Origin: a virus
Virus record (IMG/VR): IMGVR_UViG_3300021963_009388
Span: 38,496 to 102,495 of that record
Length of the DNA: 64,000 nucleotides
Direction: 5' to 3' (one strand)
Shown: one piece after another, positions 1 through 9,457 of the stretch
Layout: each line of letters starts with the position of its first letter
Position numbering within the stretch: position 1 is the first letter of the stretch
The notes under the pieces: generated by a model
What the model was told of the DNA's origin: nothing
The model's database searches: none
The model's input: only the letters and a program-made list of their open reading frames with translations
Position numbers and translations under genes: made by a program

Positions 1-2
1 CC

Positions 3-1202
3 GACCCGACTGTTATTCGCCCATTTCCCTGCGTAGAGGGTGATAGCTTTCAGCCTACTCGCTATTCGGAACACGCGTATAGTAAGTGGTTTTCAGAGTG
101 CACTATGGTTAGTAGCTTCGGCAATCCGCAGAAGAGCTGGATAGCGTATGACCCTGAAGACAAGTCTTATGAGATTAGAAGCAATCCGGCTTTTATGGTA
201 TATGACCTAGCTTCACAGGTATCTACTGGAAAGGTACGAGGTCCACAAGAGTGGGCTCTGACTATTAAAGGTGGCATGGGTAAATCGGCAGCTGTGTCTA
301 GGCCTGATAGAGCGGTTATCATTCGTTGCGCGATTTACGAATACAAGGGTATTCCTAAACCTGTAGCTGACGGATTGGCACCGTTTCATCAAACGGTGTT
401 TATGGTGCTCAAAAAGTCTGCAGCTCAGGCTTTGTTCAGAGAGTTAGGCATGCCAAGCTCTACTACGTCTGGACCAGACATCAACGAGAAGTACGCTACC
501 GGTGACGTGGTATCACTTAGTGATGGAGCGTACTTTGTGTTCTACGAAATAGGAATGACTCCTAGAGGATACACTCCTCCTACCTCTTCTGCTGTAGGGT
601 ACTCTAACGGAAAGAACAAGCCTATTGGGTATGATTGCCTCGTAAGCAAGACATACAGAAATATGCCTGCGGCTTTCTCCGAGAGTGAAATAGCGGAAGT
701 AGCAAAAAGAGTAGCTCAGCCTATTAGGTCACAGCTTAACTTTGCTACAGACGAGGAACAGGTTCGGTATGTAGTGGACAGCCTTAGGGACTGCCCAGCT
801 CATGCTGGTTTGGTTGTTCATGCGCTTAGAGATAGGTACGAGCGATTCTTACCAGCTGACTTTGTTAGCTACGGTAACGAGTTCCTTAGGCAAGTAGGTC
901 TTATGGCATCTTCTGTGGCTAACCCAGGTTATGCTCAGCCAACGCTTCCTACCTACCCTATGCCTACGCAGCCTTATCAAGCTCAGCCTGTTTATGTGCC
1001 AGCTGCTGCTCCAGTATATGCTCCAGTCCCTGCTCCGGTTCCTGCGCCAGTTCCTGCTGCCTATAGGCCAGCAGCTCATGTGCCGGACACTAGAGCGGTT
1101 ATTGAAGAGATTACTAACGCTCCAGATTTGGCTGAAAGCAAAGAGGCAATCGTTGCCAAGCTTAGAGAGTTTAGGTCTAAGAACGGGCTGGAATCAAAGT
1201 AG
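3..1202 (+). CDS. 5'-truncated protein, possibly a phage single-stranded DNA-binding protein; Pro/Ala-rich C-terminal linker
   Basis: Frame is open from base 3 (DPTVIRPFPC...) into the ORF listed at 105. It lies directly upstream of a RecA-like gene, and the IRPFP segment loosely resembles gp32-type SSB N-termini. Function is inferred. Confidence 0.4.
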   Translation, partial: DPTVIRPFPCVEGDSFQPTRYSEHAYSKWFSECTMVSSFGNPQKSWIAYDPEDKSYEIRSNPAFMVYDLASQVSTGKVRGPQEWALTIKGGMGKSAAVSRPDRAVIIRCAIYEYKGIPKPVADGLAPFHQTVFMVLKKSAAQALFRELGMPSSTTSGPDINEKYATGDVVSLSDGAYFVFYEIGMTPRGYTPPTSSAVGYSNGKNKPIGYDCLVSKTYRNMPAAFSESEIAEVAKRVAQPIRSQLNFATDEEQVRYVVDSLRDCPAHAGLVVHALRDRYERFLPADFVSYGNEFLRQVGLMASSVANPGYAQPTLPTYPMPTQPYQAQPVYVPAAAPVYAPVPAPVPAPVPAAYRPAAHVPDTRAVIEEITNAPDLAESKEAIVAKLREFRSKNGLESK

Positions 1203-1281
1203 TTGATAGTGTAGCGCTACTGGCAAATGTTAGTAGCGCTATTTAATATACACATATAGTTAGAATAAGGCGCATCATACT

Positions 1282-2493
1282 ATGGCTAAGAAAAAGTGGG
1301 ACTCAGACGTAAAGATATCTCCATCTGACTTTTTTTCATCTCAGTTATCTTCCTCTCAAGCGGAGCTTGGCAGGAACGATACTTTCGTAGGCAAGGAATC
1401 GCAACGTGTGATTATAGGTATACCATTAAAGGCATTTAGCCTTAGGTACCTATTTCAAAACGATTGCTTTCCTTTAAGCCGTATGACTGAGTTGTATGGA
1501 GTCAGTGAATCCTGTAAGTCAGCTATGCTTTACGAAATGTTTCGTTGGCATGTTGACGCAGGTGGAGGCTATGTGCTTAATCTAGCTGAGCCTAGAGACA
1601 GCCCCGATCTTCGGGCAAGCATAATAGGCCACGCGTCTGATACCACTTTTCCTACAGTCACATGTAACAGTATAGAGGACTGGCAGCAGAACATAACTGA
1701 GTGGCTTAAGAAAAGCCGAGATATGTTCTCTGAGTCTGGGTCTTGTCCTTTTCCAGCTGCCATAGGCGTAGACTCCTTAACAGGAGTAACCACCAGAGGC
1801 GACATTGATGATATATGGTCTAAGGGCTTTGCTTCTATAGGCTTTGCCAAAGCAGCCAACATCATCAACACTTATTGTAAGTTTGTCTTCAGTGAGCTAA
1901 GGGTATGGCCCTACAGCTTCATCGGGGTCAATCATATGAAGATAAGTAAAAATCCTCAGGGCTTCATAGAGCGCAAGATACCTGGCGGCCAGGCCTTGGA
2001 CTACTATGCCACCTTTAAGCTGCGTATGCATCGCCGTAATGATATTGACCGCCTTGATGAGGCAGGCCGACTTATCGAGTTCACAATGGATAAAAACAGT
2101 CTAGGCACTGCCCCTGAGCGCAGGTCGATTGATGTCCCTATGAAGTGGATATTCAATGAGAACGGCGAGCAGCACACTTGGTGGGATTGGCATGAAGCCA
2201 GTATTGCCTTGATAAACGAAATGACCAGTACTCGTAAGAACAGAGTCTTAGAGGTTACTGGACTTCGTAATATCAACAAGGCGCAGCGCACTGCTGACTG
2301 CGGTGAGCTAGGCATGATTAAAGCCACGTGGACAGAGATAGGCGCAGCTATCGAAGAGAACGAGGTAATCAAAGCCGAGCTTGATGCTATTCACGGTATA
2401 AGGAAACGTCGTCCTTTCAGGGCTGGTGTTCCTTACTCAGTGCAGATGAAGGAAGCATGCGAAGCTGGTGAGTTGGAAGATGAAAAACTATAA
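1282..2493 (+). CDS. recA: RecA/UvsX-like recombinase
   Basis: FPLSRMTELYGVSESCKS (Walker A region), IGVDSL (Walker B), IPGGQALDYYATFKLRM (RecA signature, cf. TPGGRALKFYASVRL) and KNSLG. Confidence 0.85.
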   Translation: MAKKKWDSDVKISPSDFFSSQLSSSQAELGRNDTFVGKESQRVIIGIPLKAFSLRYLFQNDCFPLSRMTELYGVSESCKSAMLYEMFRWHVDAGGGYVLNLAEPRDSPDLRASIIGHASDTTFPTVTCNSIEDWQQNITEWLKKSRDMFSESGSCPFPAAIGVDSLTGVTTRGDIDDIWSKGFASIGFAKAANIINTYCKFVFSELRVWPYSFIGVNHMKISKNPQGFIERKIPGGQALDYYATFKLRMHRRNDIDRLDEAGRLIEFTMDKNSLGTAPERRSIDVPMKWIFNENGEQHTWWDWHEASIALINEMTSTRKNRVLEVTGLRNINKAQRTADCGELGMIKATWTEIGAAIEENEVIKAELDAIHGIRKRRPFRAGVPYSVQMKEACEAGELEDEKL

Positions 2494-2496
2494 GGA

Positions 2497-3060
2497 GTGA
2501 GTATGACTAGCAGGGAAGAGTTCTTTAAAGATAGAGTTTCCGGTATTGATACCGAACACTCTTCTGTCGAAGCGGCTTTAAGGCAGCTGGTTAATAAGTT
2601 CCCTGCAGCAGGTACCTTTCCTGATTTGAAGCGTAAGTGTAAAGCCCAGACAGGAAGCGTAAAGGTGACTCTAGAATGGTTTTCAGAAGAGCACCCTAAC
2701 TTCCCGATCCACATGGTATACAAGAACATCCCTTGGATACGAGATATGTGGGCTGGGCTTTACACAGGCTTTAAGAAGACAGAGTTGTATCAAGGCTGGG
2801 TAGAAGAAGAAAACTTACTTCAGTTAAAGGGATCAAAGGATGCTGCGTCTAAGCCTATGGCAGTTGTCTTTCAGTGGCCTAAATGGAAGATGTGCTGTAT
2901 GCATAACTTGGACTCTAAGAAATTTGGCGGTTCTTGGTACAGTGTTGCCGCCGCTAAAGATGATGACTGCTTAAAGATTTACAAGTCTTTAAAGAACGGA
3001 GAAAGCTTCGTGATCGAACCGTTCGAGCAGCTTCTTGATTCGGTCACGTGGACTAATTAG
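2497..3060 (+). CDS. hypothetical protein
   Basis: 187-aa ORF with AAGGAG just upstream; tightly packed in the operon. Confidence 0.7.
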   Translation: MSMTSREEFFKDRVSGIDTEHSSVEAALRQLVNKFPAAGTFPDLKRKCKAQTGSVKVTLEWFSEEHPNFPIHMVYKNIPWIRDMWAGLYTGFKKTELYQGWVEEENLLQLKGSKDAASKPMAVVFQWPKWKMCCMHNLDSKKFGGSWYSVAAAKDDDCLKIYKSLKNGESFVIEPFEQLLDSVTWTN

Positions 3061-3072
3061 AAAGGATTTTTT

Positions 3073-3426
3073 ATGTCTAGTAAGTTAAGTAAGTTAGCCG
3101 TAGAGATGCATAGGACTGTAGCTTTAGACAGTGCAGCCGTAGAGGAAGGTGCTTCTTCAAAGTACCTAGATGTAACTATGCAGTATTTTCCAAGTTGCGA
3201 TAAGGCTAACACCGATGAGGGTAAGGATAGGGACTGGTTTAAAATGCTCGTAGACTCTAACCCTACAATCGATAACTTATCCGAAGCGGTAAACGCTGCA
3301 GCTAAATCCATGATTAGTCAAGTTAACCCTTCAGAGGTCAACATGACGGTAAGGCTTAGCAACGATGTAGATAAACATGGGTTCTGCTCTAAGACTGTTT
3401 ATTTTTCTTGGTCCGATGGAAAATAA
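3073..3426 (+). CDS. hypothetical protein
   Basis: 117-aa ORF with AAGGA RBS, in operon. Confidence 0.65.
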   Translation: MSSKLSKLAVEMHRTVALDSAAVEEGASSKYLDVTMQYFPSCDKANTDEGKDRDWFKMLVDSNPTIDNLSEAVNAAAKSMISQVNPSEVNMTVRLSNDVDKHGFCSKTVYFSWSDGK

Positions 3427-3432
3427 CCAGCT

Positions 3433-4623
3433 ATGCGCACTAAACCACCTAACAACGAGCCTAACAACCTTGCGGTCTCCTTACAGGGTTCGTTGTTTAA
3501 CAAGGGCGACTACCCAAAACTTGTTGATGTTTTGGCTGAGTGCGAAAGGACAACTGAGTCCTGGTTTATAGATGACGAGGCTCAGTTAGCTTTATCGCGC
3601 AAGGGCACTACAGTTGGTGGTGACAGAGTATCATGGCTGGCTATGAGACAGGTCTGTAAAGTTCTATCATCAGGCCTGTCTTTATCTTTATTAGATTTAC
3701 TTGGTATGAGAAGAGAACCAGAAGATTTGGATAAGCCTTACAAATCTGAGGTAGATCCAGACGAAGACTTTTCTGTAGGGGAAGCTGCTTCTCTATATAA
3801 CTTAGCGCTTAAAAAAAGGTTTGGTAGGTTGTTCGGATTTCAAGCCATACGTAATTCGGACACCAAAGTGATAGAGGCTGTGGTAGGCAGTAGGTACAGG
3901 AGATTACCAAATGGCGATTTCGTATCAGCAGTGTCTAGTTCCCTGGAGTCTTGTGAGACTCCTCTAACCTTTCACTCTGCCTCTTTATCAGGCCGTAAAA
4001 TATCAGTTCTGTATTCCGCAGATGGGTACGAAGATTTTCCTTTGCGCCCTGGAATAAGACTAGTAAATAGCGAGATAGGCGATTCGGCTATAAAAGCAGC
4101 CGTAGTAGTAATGTCAGAAAACGGCAGCACCATGATGTCGTCATACGGTAAGCTTAATCGTGTGTCGCATTCAGGAAAGGACCTTCTAGGTAAGCTCTCT
4201 AAGCTTATATCCAGTACTGTTGACAAAATCTCTAGTCAGCCTTTGTCTTCTGCTGGGCTAGCTAAAAAAATAGAAAACTCTTCTAGCCTATCTTTAGGGT
4301 TTTCTGGCGTCGATGGGGATGAGAAAAGGTTTAAAGACTTCATAGAGTTTTTAACCGAAAGAGCTGGCCTTACTTACTTCATGGCAAAAAGATGTTTGGC
4401 AATGGTGCTCACTGGTAGTGAGCCTAAGGTAAACAACTTTGCCATGCTAGAAAGATCAACGACTTGGCCTAAAAAATCCGCTATGGATTTAATTAGTGCA
4501 ATAATGCAAGAAAGTCTCAGTCAGCGTACGTTGTATTATAATACAACGGACAGGTTTGAGCGGGTAGCGTGGGGTATATTTTTTAACAAGATAGCTTTAC
4601 CAGATATTAATTCTGGAAGCTAA
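3433..4623 (+). CDS. DUF932-like protein
   Basis: AVVGSRYRRLPNGDF and IRLVNSEIGDSAIK resemble the conserved VS.RY...N and NS..G.S blocks of DUF932 phage proteins. Confidence 0.5.
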   Translation: MRTKPPNNEPNNLAVSLQGSLFNKGDYPKLVDVLAECERTTESWFIDDEAQLALSRKGTTVGGDRVSWLAMRQVCKVLSSGLSLSLLDLLGMRREPEDLDKPYKSEVDPDEDFSVGEAASLYNLALKKRFGRLFGFQAIRNSDTKVIEAVVGSRYRRLPNGDFVSAVSSSLESCETPLTFHSASLSGRKISVLYSADGYEDFPLRPGIRLVNSEIGDSAIKAAVVVMSENGSTMMSSYGKLNRVSHSGKDLLGKLSKLISSTVDKISSQPLSSAGLAKKIENSSSLSLGFSGVDGDEKRFKDFIEFLTERAGLTYFMAKRCLAMVLTGSEPKVNNFAMLERSTTWPKKSAMDLISAIMQESLSQRTLYYNTTDRFERVAWGIFFNKIALPDINSGS

Positions 4624-4640
4624 AATTACAAGAGGTAAAC

Positions 4641-5546
4641 ATGAGTACAAAAGACGCGATTGAAAAAGACATTAAAAGTGTTAGCAACCCTACTGCCAAA
4701 GTAGTGGATGATGCTAAGAAGATTTTGATTGATAGTATGGACCCTGAGCTTAGAGAAATCTACGAAAAAGAATTGAAAGCGTATCAGACGCTTGGAGTGG
4801 ATACGCTTACCTTTAACTACGAAAGGGGCTGCGTAGCAAGCACTGTTCAAAGGTCACCTAAAGGAGATCAGTCAATCGCCCTGTTATCCAAAGCGCTTGA
4901 TCTGGACAAATCCACGGTCTACAAGACCATTACCTTCAGCTCTATGTATTCCGACTTGGATGATCTTAACGCTGTGGTAAAGCGAGCCAAAGACTCAGGG
5001 TTTTTATTAACCTGGTCTCACTATGCCTCAGTAGTACATATCAAGGAATCTAGCGGCTCAGATCCTCACGGAAATAGACGCGATATGATTGATCGAGCTA
5101 TAAAGGAAAAGCTGTCGGTTAGAGCTTTGGCTGCAGTGGTTAAAGAAGAGTACTCCGTAGCCGCTCCGGCTAAACCAGTGAACCGAGGGGCTCATGTAAA
5201 GTCTTTGGTTAAAAAAGTAGAAGAAGCAACTATTAGGTACCAAAAGACGGTAACCTCAAATGTAGAGGACATCGTTTCCGATTTTGCCGAAGTAGTTGAG
5301 AAGGTCGAAAATCCTGAAGAGCTGCTTGCAAATATAACCAGTATGCATGATAGTCTTGTAACTCTAACAGCTATATTAAAAAGAGTACTCGTCTATACGG
5401 ACAAGTTCACTCCTATAGCTAAAGAGGTTATGCAGGCTAGAGAGAAGGTTAAGAAGAAAGTAGCTGCGGCCGAAGAGGAAGAGGGGTTATCCAAGACCTC
5501 TAAGCCGAGAAAGCCTTCTTCCATAGAAGCCAAGATTAAGTCTTAG
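4641..5546 (+). CDS. HTH DNA-binding protein (DUF1016-N/ParB-HTH-like) with C-terminal coiled coil
   Basis: LSKALDLDKSTVYK (HTH-like), LTWSHYASVV and R..IDRAIKEKLSVRAL match the LSWSHY...WSVR.L pattern. Confidence 0.5.
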   Translation: MSTKDAIEKDIKSVSNPTAKVVDDAKKILIDSMDPELREIYEKELKAYQTLGVDTLTFNYERGCVASTVQRSPKGDQSIALLSKALDLDKSTVYKTITFSSMYSDLDDLNAVVKRAKDSGFLLTWSHYASVVHIKESSGSDPHGNRRDMIDRAIKEKLSVRALAAVVKEEYSVAAPAKPVNRGAHVKSLVKKVEEATIRYQKTVTSNVEDIVSDFAEVVEKVENPEELLANITSMHDSLVTLTAILKRVLVYTDKFTPIAKEVMQAREKVKKKVAAAEEEEGLSKTSKPRKPSSIEAKIKS

Positions 5547-5554
5547 GAGCTGCC

Positions 5555-6265
5555 TTGAACACGACCGTATGCTGTCTTCTTTACGGTGACTTTCCAGAGC
5601 TTGCTGATAGGTGCTTAAAGCCTATTAGCAAGCTTCTTAGCTCCGGCGTTCAAGTAAGGGCTGGCTGCAACGAAGTCTCCACTACCGTAAAAGGAATAGT
5701 GGAGACCTTGCTTCCAGCCTCACTTGGAGCCAAAGTATGCTATGAGTCCCCGCAGATATTCAAGTACCCAATGATGTCTAAGCTATTTAAGCTTGGGCCT
5801 ATAGACACTGACTATATAATGTGGTTCGATGATGATAGCTACATAACTCAAGCCGACCCTATTCAATGGCTTAAAGACTTAGAATCCTTTATGAAGTCCA
5901 GCTCCGCTGATATGGCAGGAGCAACCTATGTTGTATCCACAGTTGGTTCGCAGGATGAGTGGAGACGTCTCCACTGCAGCTGGTACAGCAGCAATAACTC
6001 TAATAGGCAATCTAGGTTTGCCACTGGCGGCTGGTGGATTATAAAGTCATCTATCATAAACAAATATGGCTGGCCCCACCCTATGCTCAAGCATAGAGGG
6101 GGAGATGTTCTTCTAGGGGAACTTATAAGAAGCCAGGGCCTCAAACTGGCCAACTATAAAAAAGGAGTAGCAATTAATGCTGATGATAACGGAAAGGAGT
6201 CTGCATCAAAGCGCAGAGGCTACGACGAGCAGCCCATAGGCGTAACTATGAAAAGAAAGGAATAA
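5555..6265 (+). CDS. glycosyltransferase, GT-A fold (GT2-like)
   Basis: YIMWFDDDSY (DxD motif), FATGGWWII and GGDVLLG; TTG start after AGGAG. Confidence 0.65.
   Translation: MNTTVCCLLYGDFPELADRCLKPISKLLSSGVQVRAGCNEVSTTVKGIVETLLPASLGAKVCYESPQIFKYPMMSKLFKLGPIDTDYIMWFDDDSYITQADPIQWLKDLESFMKSSSADMAGATYVVSTVGSQDEWRRLHCSWYSSNNSNRQSRFATGGWWIIKSSIINKYGWPHPMLKHRGGDVLLGELIRSQGLKLANYKKGVAINADDNGKESASKRRGYDEQPIGVTMKRKE
5959..5974. repeat. 16-bp palindrome GTGGAGACGTCTCCAC, copy 1 (perfect; 18 bp with flanks)
   Basis: Read directly; inside a CDS, encoding WRRLH. Confidence 0.95.
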
Positions 6266-6271
6266 GTAACA

Positions 6272-7192
6272 ATGACTAGCAGGAAGCTAACAGATGAAAA
6301 AGTTAAAGTGTCAGTCTCAAAGATCCTCAATACTCGCAAGAGAGTTACTGATGCTCTCTACGGTTTCTGCGGTAATATTCTTAGTAGTGATAGCCTTGAC
6401 GGGGCTACATCTGCTTTGGCGTTTTGTATTCCCAAGTCATGCATAGACTTTCACTGGGTTCAGAACCAGCTCTTAACGTTTGTAAGAAAACCTATTCTAC
6501 ATCACCACGTAGATGCCATAGCTTCTAAGCTAGCTGGCAACCTAGATCTTATACTAGCCGGTGAAACCGTAGGCGACAATGAGTGGCGCATAAGGTCAGG
6601 CTGGGGGTTAGTAAGAATACTAAACGTAGAAAAGGCCGTAAGAACATTTAAAGACGGCAACTCCCAAAGAGGGGCGTGGATGAGCCTTGAAGTTATGAGC
6701 GGCCCTGCTAGCTCATTTAAGTATAAGAAGTTTTGGTCTTCCGATATGTTCAACTACGCTAAGTTCAGAATAGGCTTTAGCTACCCAGGGGATAGCTGCA
6801 AGTATCCTTATGCTGAAGAGTCTAACCTAACTAACTTCTACTTTTTAGGTATGTTTGATCATTTGGCATTGAGAGATGGCCCCGACTACTCCGACTTTCT
6901 ATGCACTGACTATATTGTGTCTAAGAACAGAGAGCTTCTAAGAAATAGGTTAAGAAGCATTCATGTTAATTCAGGGTTTCAGTGCCCTAGAAATTATCCT
7001 AGAAACATAAACTGTCACAAGTGCCCTGCAGGCTTGAATGAGTGTGAAGCTGCGACTCATGCTACAACTTATGTAGAGGACGACTGTAAGCATTGCAAAA
7101 GGCCTAGCTGGTTTAGCCCAGACAACATGGATAAATGCGTGGATTGCGTTACTTCTAGCAATTTAAAATTAATAGTGTTAGATGATAACTAA
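6272..7192 (+). CDS. hypothetical protein with C-terminal Cys-rich (Zn-binding) region
   Basis: CHKC, CKHC and CVDC motifs near the C-terminus. Confidence 0.7.
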   Translation: MTSRKLTDEKVKVSVSKILNTRKRVTDALYGFCGNILSSDSLDGATSALAFCIPKSCIDFHWVQNQLLTFVRKPILHHHVDAIASKLAGNLDLILAGETVGDNEWRIRSGWGLVRILNVEKAVRTFKDGNSQRGAWMSLEVMSGPASSFKYKKFWSSDMFNYAKFRIGFSYPGDSCKYPYAEESNLTNFYFLGMFDHLALRDGPDYSDFLCTDYIVSKNRELLRNRLRSIHVNSGFQCPRNYPRNINCHKCPAGLNECEAATHATTYVEDDCKHCKRPSWFSPDNMDKCVDCVTSSNLKLIVLDDN

Positions 7193-7268
7193 AACCAACT
7201 TATCTATTGTGTATATAGCATTCCGAATGTAAGCTTACGCTTTTAGGCACTATACTTATGGGGGATAA

Positions 7269-7793
7269 ATGGCTACTAACATAATAGGACACCCAGATAG
7301 GCGAAGATATAATCCTTCTAGGGATATAGCCTACTGCTGGCCTAACATAATGAAGTCAGCTATGGATAGGTTAAGTGAAGGGGCGGCTCTACCTTGGTTC
7401 GTATCCCTAATAGACAAGTACGAAGTAACTGATAAAAATATAGAAGATACAGCGAAGGCCATGGCCCTTTACATGGCTTTGTGCAATAAGCCCGAAGAAG
7501 GCCCTTCTGGCGCCTTACCTCTCATGAATAGGGCCGGCCTTACAAAATGCGATGACACTTCTAAGATGCTGCTCTACGCTGCCTTAGGCGAAACTATGAT
7601 GGTGGCTTTTCACGCGTCTATAAGGGATGTGCTCATGGAAGATGAAGCATCCCCTTTAAACGATGCTAAGCTTGTAGAAGTTATAAACACTTCTATGACT
7701 CAAATTCTCGAAGAGAGAAGTTCTTACATTTCAAAATTAGTAAGAAAAATAGGATCGGTATTTTCAAGAAAGGCAAGGAAGCTTAATGCATAA
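7269..7793 (+). CDS. hypothetical protein
   Basis: 174-aa ORF overlapping the start of the next gene. Confidence 0.7.
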   Translation: MATNIIGHPDRRRYNPSRDIAYCWPNIMKSAMDRLSEGAALPWFVSLIDKYEVTDKNIEDTAKAMALYMALCNKPEEGPSGALPLMNRAGLTKCDDTSKMLLYAALGETMMVAFHASIRDVLMEDEASPLNDAKLVEVINTSMTQILEERSSYISKLVRKIGSVFSRKARKLNA

Positions 7794-8553
7794 TTCAGAA
7801 GCGGACAAGTGGATGGCTAATGTAGTGGCTAGACTAGGCGGGTTACCTAAAAACTACATGGTGTTCGATGTAGAGTCAACCGGCTTGGACTTAAACAACG
7901 ACCTAGTCATTCAACTTGGGTACGCCCTGGTTATAGACAAAACCTTAGTAGAGTGCTCCAGCATCATGGTGGATTGGACACACTCAAGAGATGATGAGTT
8001 CTGTCAGTGGCTGGACAACAGAATGACTTCCACTAGAAACAACATGGAAGCAAAAAACCCAGGGTCTGGCATGTATAAGCATAGCGTAGCCAGGCTTAAA
8101 GAAAAGGGAATACCAGCCTACGAAGCCTTTACTCATTTCATGGACATAGTAAAGCTGTGCAGGTCTAACAAGTTCAGCTTTATAGCTCATAACGGGCTTA
8201 GGTTTGACCAGCCTATGCTGGATAGATGCGTTAAGCAGCTGAGAGGAGAAGACGAGAGCTTTAAGCTCGACACCACAAGTGGGCTCTACTTTGACACCAT
8301 GGGGCTAGAGAGAGGCAGTCAGACTAAGATTATGCCTACTCCTTCTGATGATTGGTATACCTTCAACCACAGGCTTGTGTACGAAGGCGGAAGAATCTTT
8401 AGCTCTCTAGATCGCCACTGCTCCACCAAGTACGACCTAGTTAATAAGCACGCTTTAGAAGGCAGCGCGCATGAAGCTGACTTCGACTGCAGGCTCACAC
8501 ATCACCTGTTTGAAGAATTTAGAGAGATGGCCGAAAGGGGCGCTGCGCTTTAA
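7786..8553 (+). CDS. DEDDh 3'-5' exonuclease (DnaQ/epsilon-like)
   Basis: ExoI VFDVESTG, ExoII AHNGLRFD, ExoIII AHEADFD. Confidence 0.88.
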   Translation: MHNSEADKWMANVVARLGGLPKNYMVFDVESTGLDLNNDLVIQLGYALVIDKTLVECSSIMVDWTHSRDDEFCQWLDNRMTSTRNNMEAKNPGSGMYKHSVARLKEKGIPAYEAFTHFMDIVKLCRSNKFSFIAHNGLRFDQPMLDRCVKQLRGEDESFKLDTTSGLYFDTMGLERGSQTKIMPTPSDDWYTFNHRLVYEGGRIFSSLDRHCSTKYDLVNKHALEGSAHEADFDCRLTHHLFEEFREMAERGAAL

Positions 8554-8822
8554 TGAGATCAACAAAAAAGAGTATAGAAGAGTTTGCCGAAGCTTACGAA
8601 TTAGATATCCTATTCGCAGATGGGTTTGATGAATGCATAATCGGACTTGGGCAGTGCTTTGATAAATATCAAGTGATATACGACAGAGATAAGGTTATAA
8701 AGTGTTTAATGAAAAGCATGTCAGAAGACGAAGCCGAAGATTACTTTCAGTACAACATCGTAGGTTCTTACGTAGGAGAAGCCACTCCTATATTTACAGT
8801 TAGCTTAGGAGAAGACCTATGA
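8553..8822 (+). CDS. small acidic phage protein (ADGFDECIIG type)
   Basis: 89 aa, translationally coupled; related to the N-terminus of ORF 30208. Confidence 0.7.
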   Translation: MRSTKKSIEEFAEAYELDILFADGFDECIIGLGQCFDKYQVIYDRDKVIKCLMKSMSEDEAEDYFQYNIVGSYVGEATPIFTVSLGEDL

Positions 8823-9457
8823 AGCAAGACATACAACGCATTCCTGAAGTCCTGGAGTCCAAGGTTAATTCTGAAAAGCCCGCTGGCTTTAAGACTGTAC
8901 TGGGGTTAGACTTAGGTACATCTTGTGGGTATGCCTATTGCTTTGTTAATGAGGACAATACACTTAAACCAAAAATATACGCAGGCCAGCTGGACTTATC
9001 TGCTGGGCCTTATGACTCAGGGGCCATACGGTTTATAAAACTAAGGCATTTCCTAGCAGCTATAAAGCCAGATCTAGTAGCGTTTGAGGATGTAAAGTAC
9101 ACACCACCTAGTGCCGGGTTTCAAAGTGTAGGGGCAATCATCGCTAGGGCTGCTACAGCTTGCGAGTGGTTTGGAGCACTTAAGGCTACTATGGCCACTT
9201 GGTGTGAGGCTAGGAATATTCCAAGCACAGGCATTCCTATCGGAACTATTAAGAAGAGAGCCACTGGAAAAGGTAATGCCAATAAGGCAGAGATCATCAG
9301 CGCTTGTAATAAAGAGTTTGGAATGGATTTTGAAGTAGACGGATACGAGAATTCAGGAGTGGATAATATAGCAGACGCTGTATATGTATGCTCTCTATTG
9401 TTGGAGCAGTACGGCTCGGGCCTTAACTTTGCGGATGATGCGAAAGGTGCAGTATGA
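8819..9457 (+). CDS. ruvC: RuvC-like Holliday junction resolvase
   Basis: VLGLDLGTSCGY, VAFEDV, IKKRATGKGNANKAEI and DNIADA, i.e. the acidic catalytic pattern. Confidence 0.82.
   Translation: MKQDIQRIPEVLESKVNSEKPAGFKTVLGLDLGTSCGYAYCFVNEDNTLKPKIYAGQLDLSAGPYDSGAIRFIKLRHFLAAIKPDLVAFEDVKYTPPSAGFQSVGAIIARAATACEWFGALKATMATWCEARNIPSTGIPIGTIKKRATGKGNANKAEIISACNKEFGMDFEVDGYENSGVDNIADAVYVCSLLLEQYGSGLNFADDAKGAV

Noticed and set aside
5664-5710. Half-sites of the palindrome (GTCTCCAC, GTGGAGAC; also near 59974)
   Set aside because: Eight-base matches are expected by chance in 64 kb, so they were not counted.
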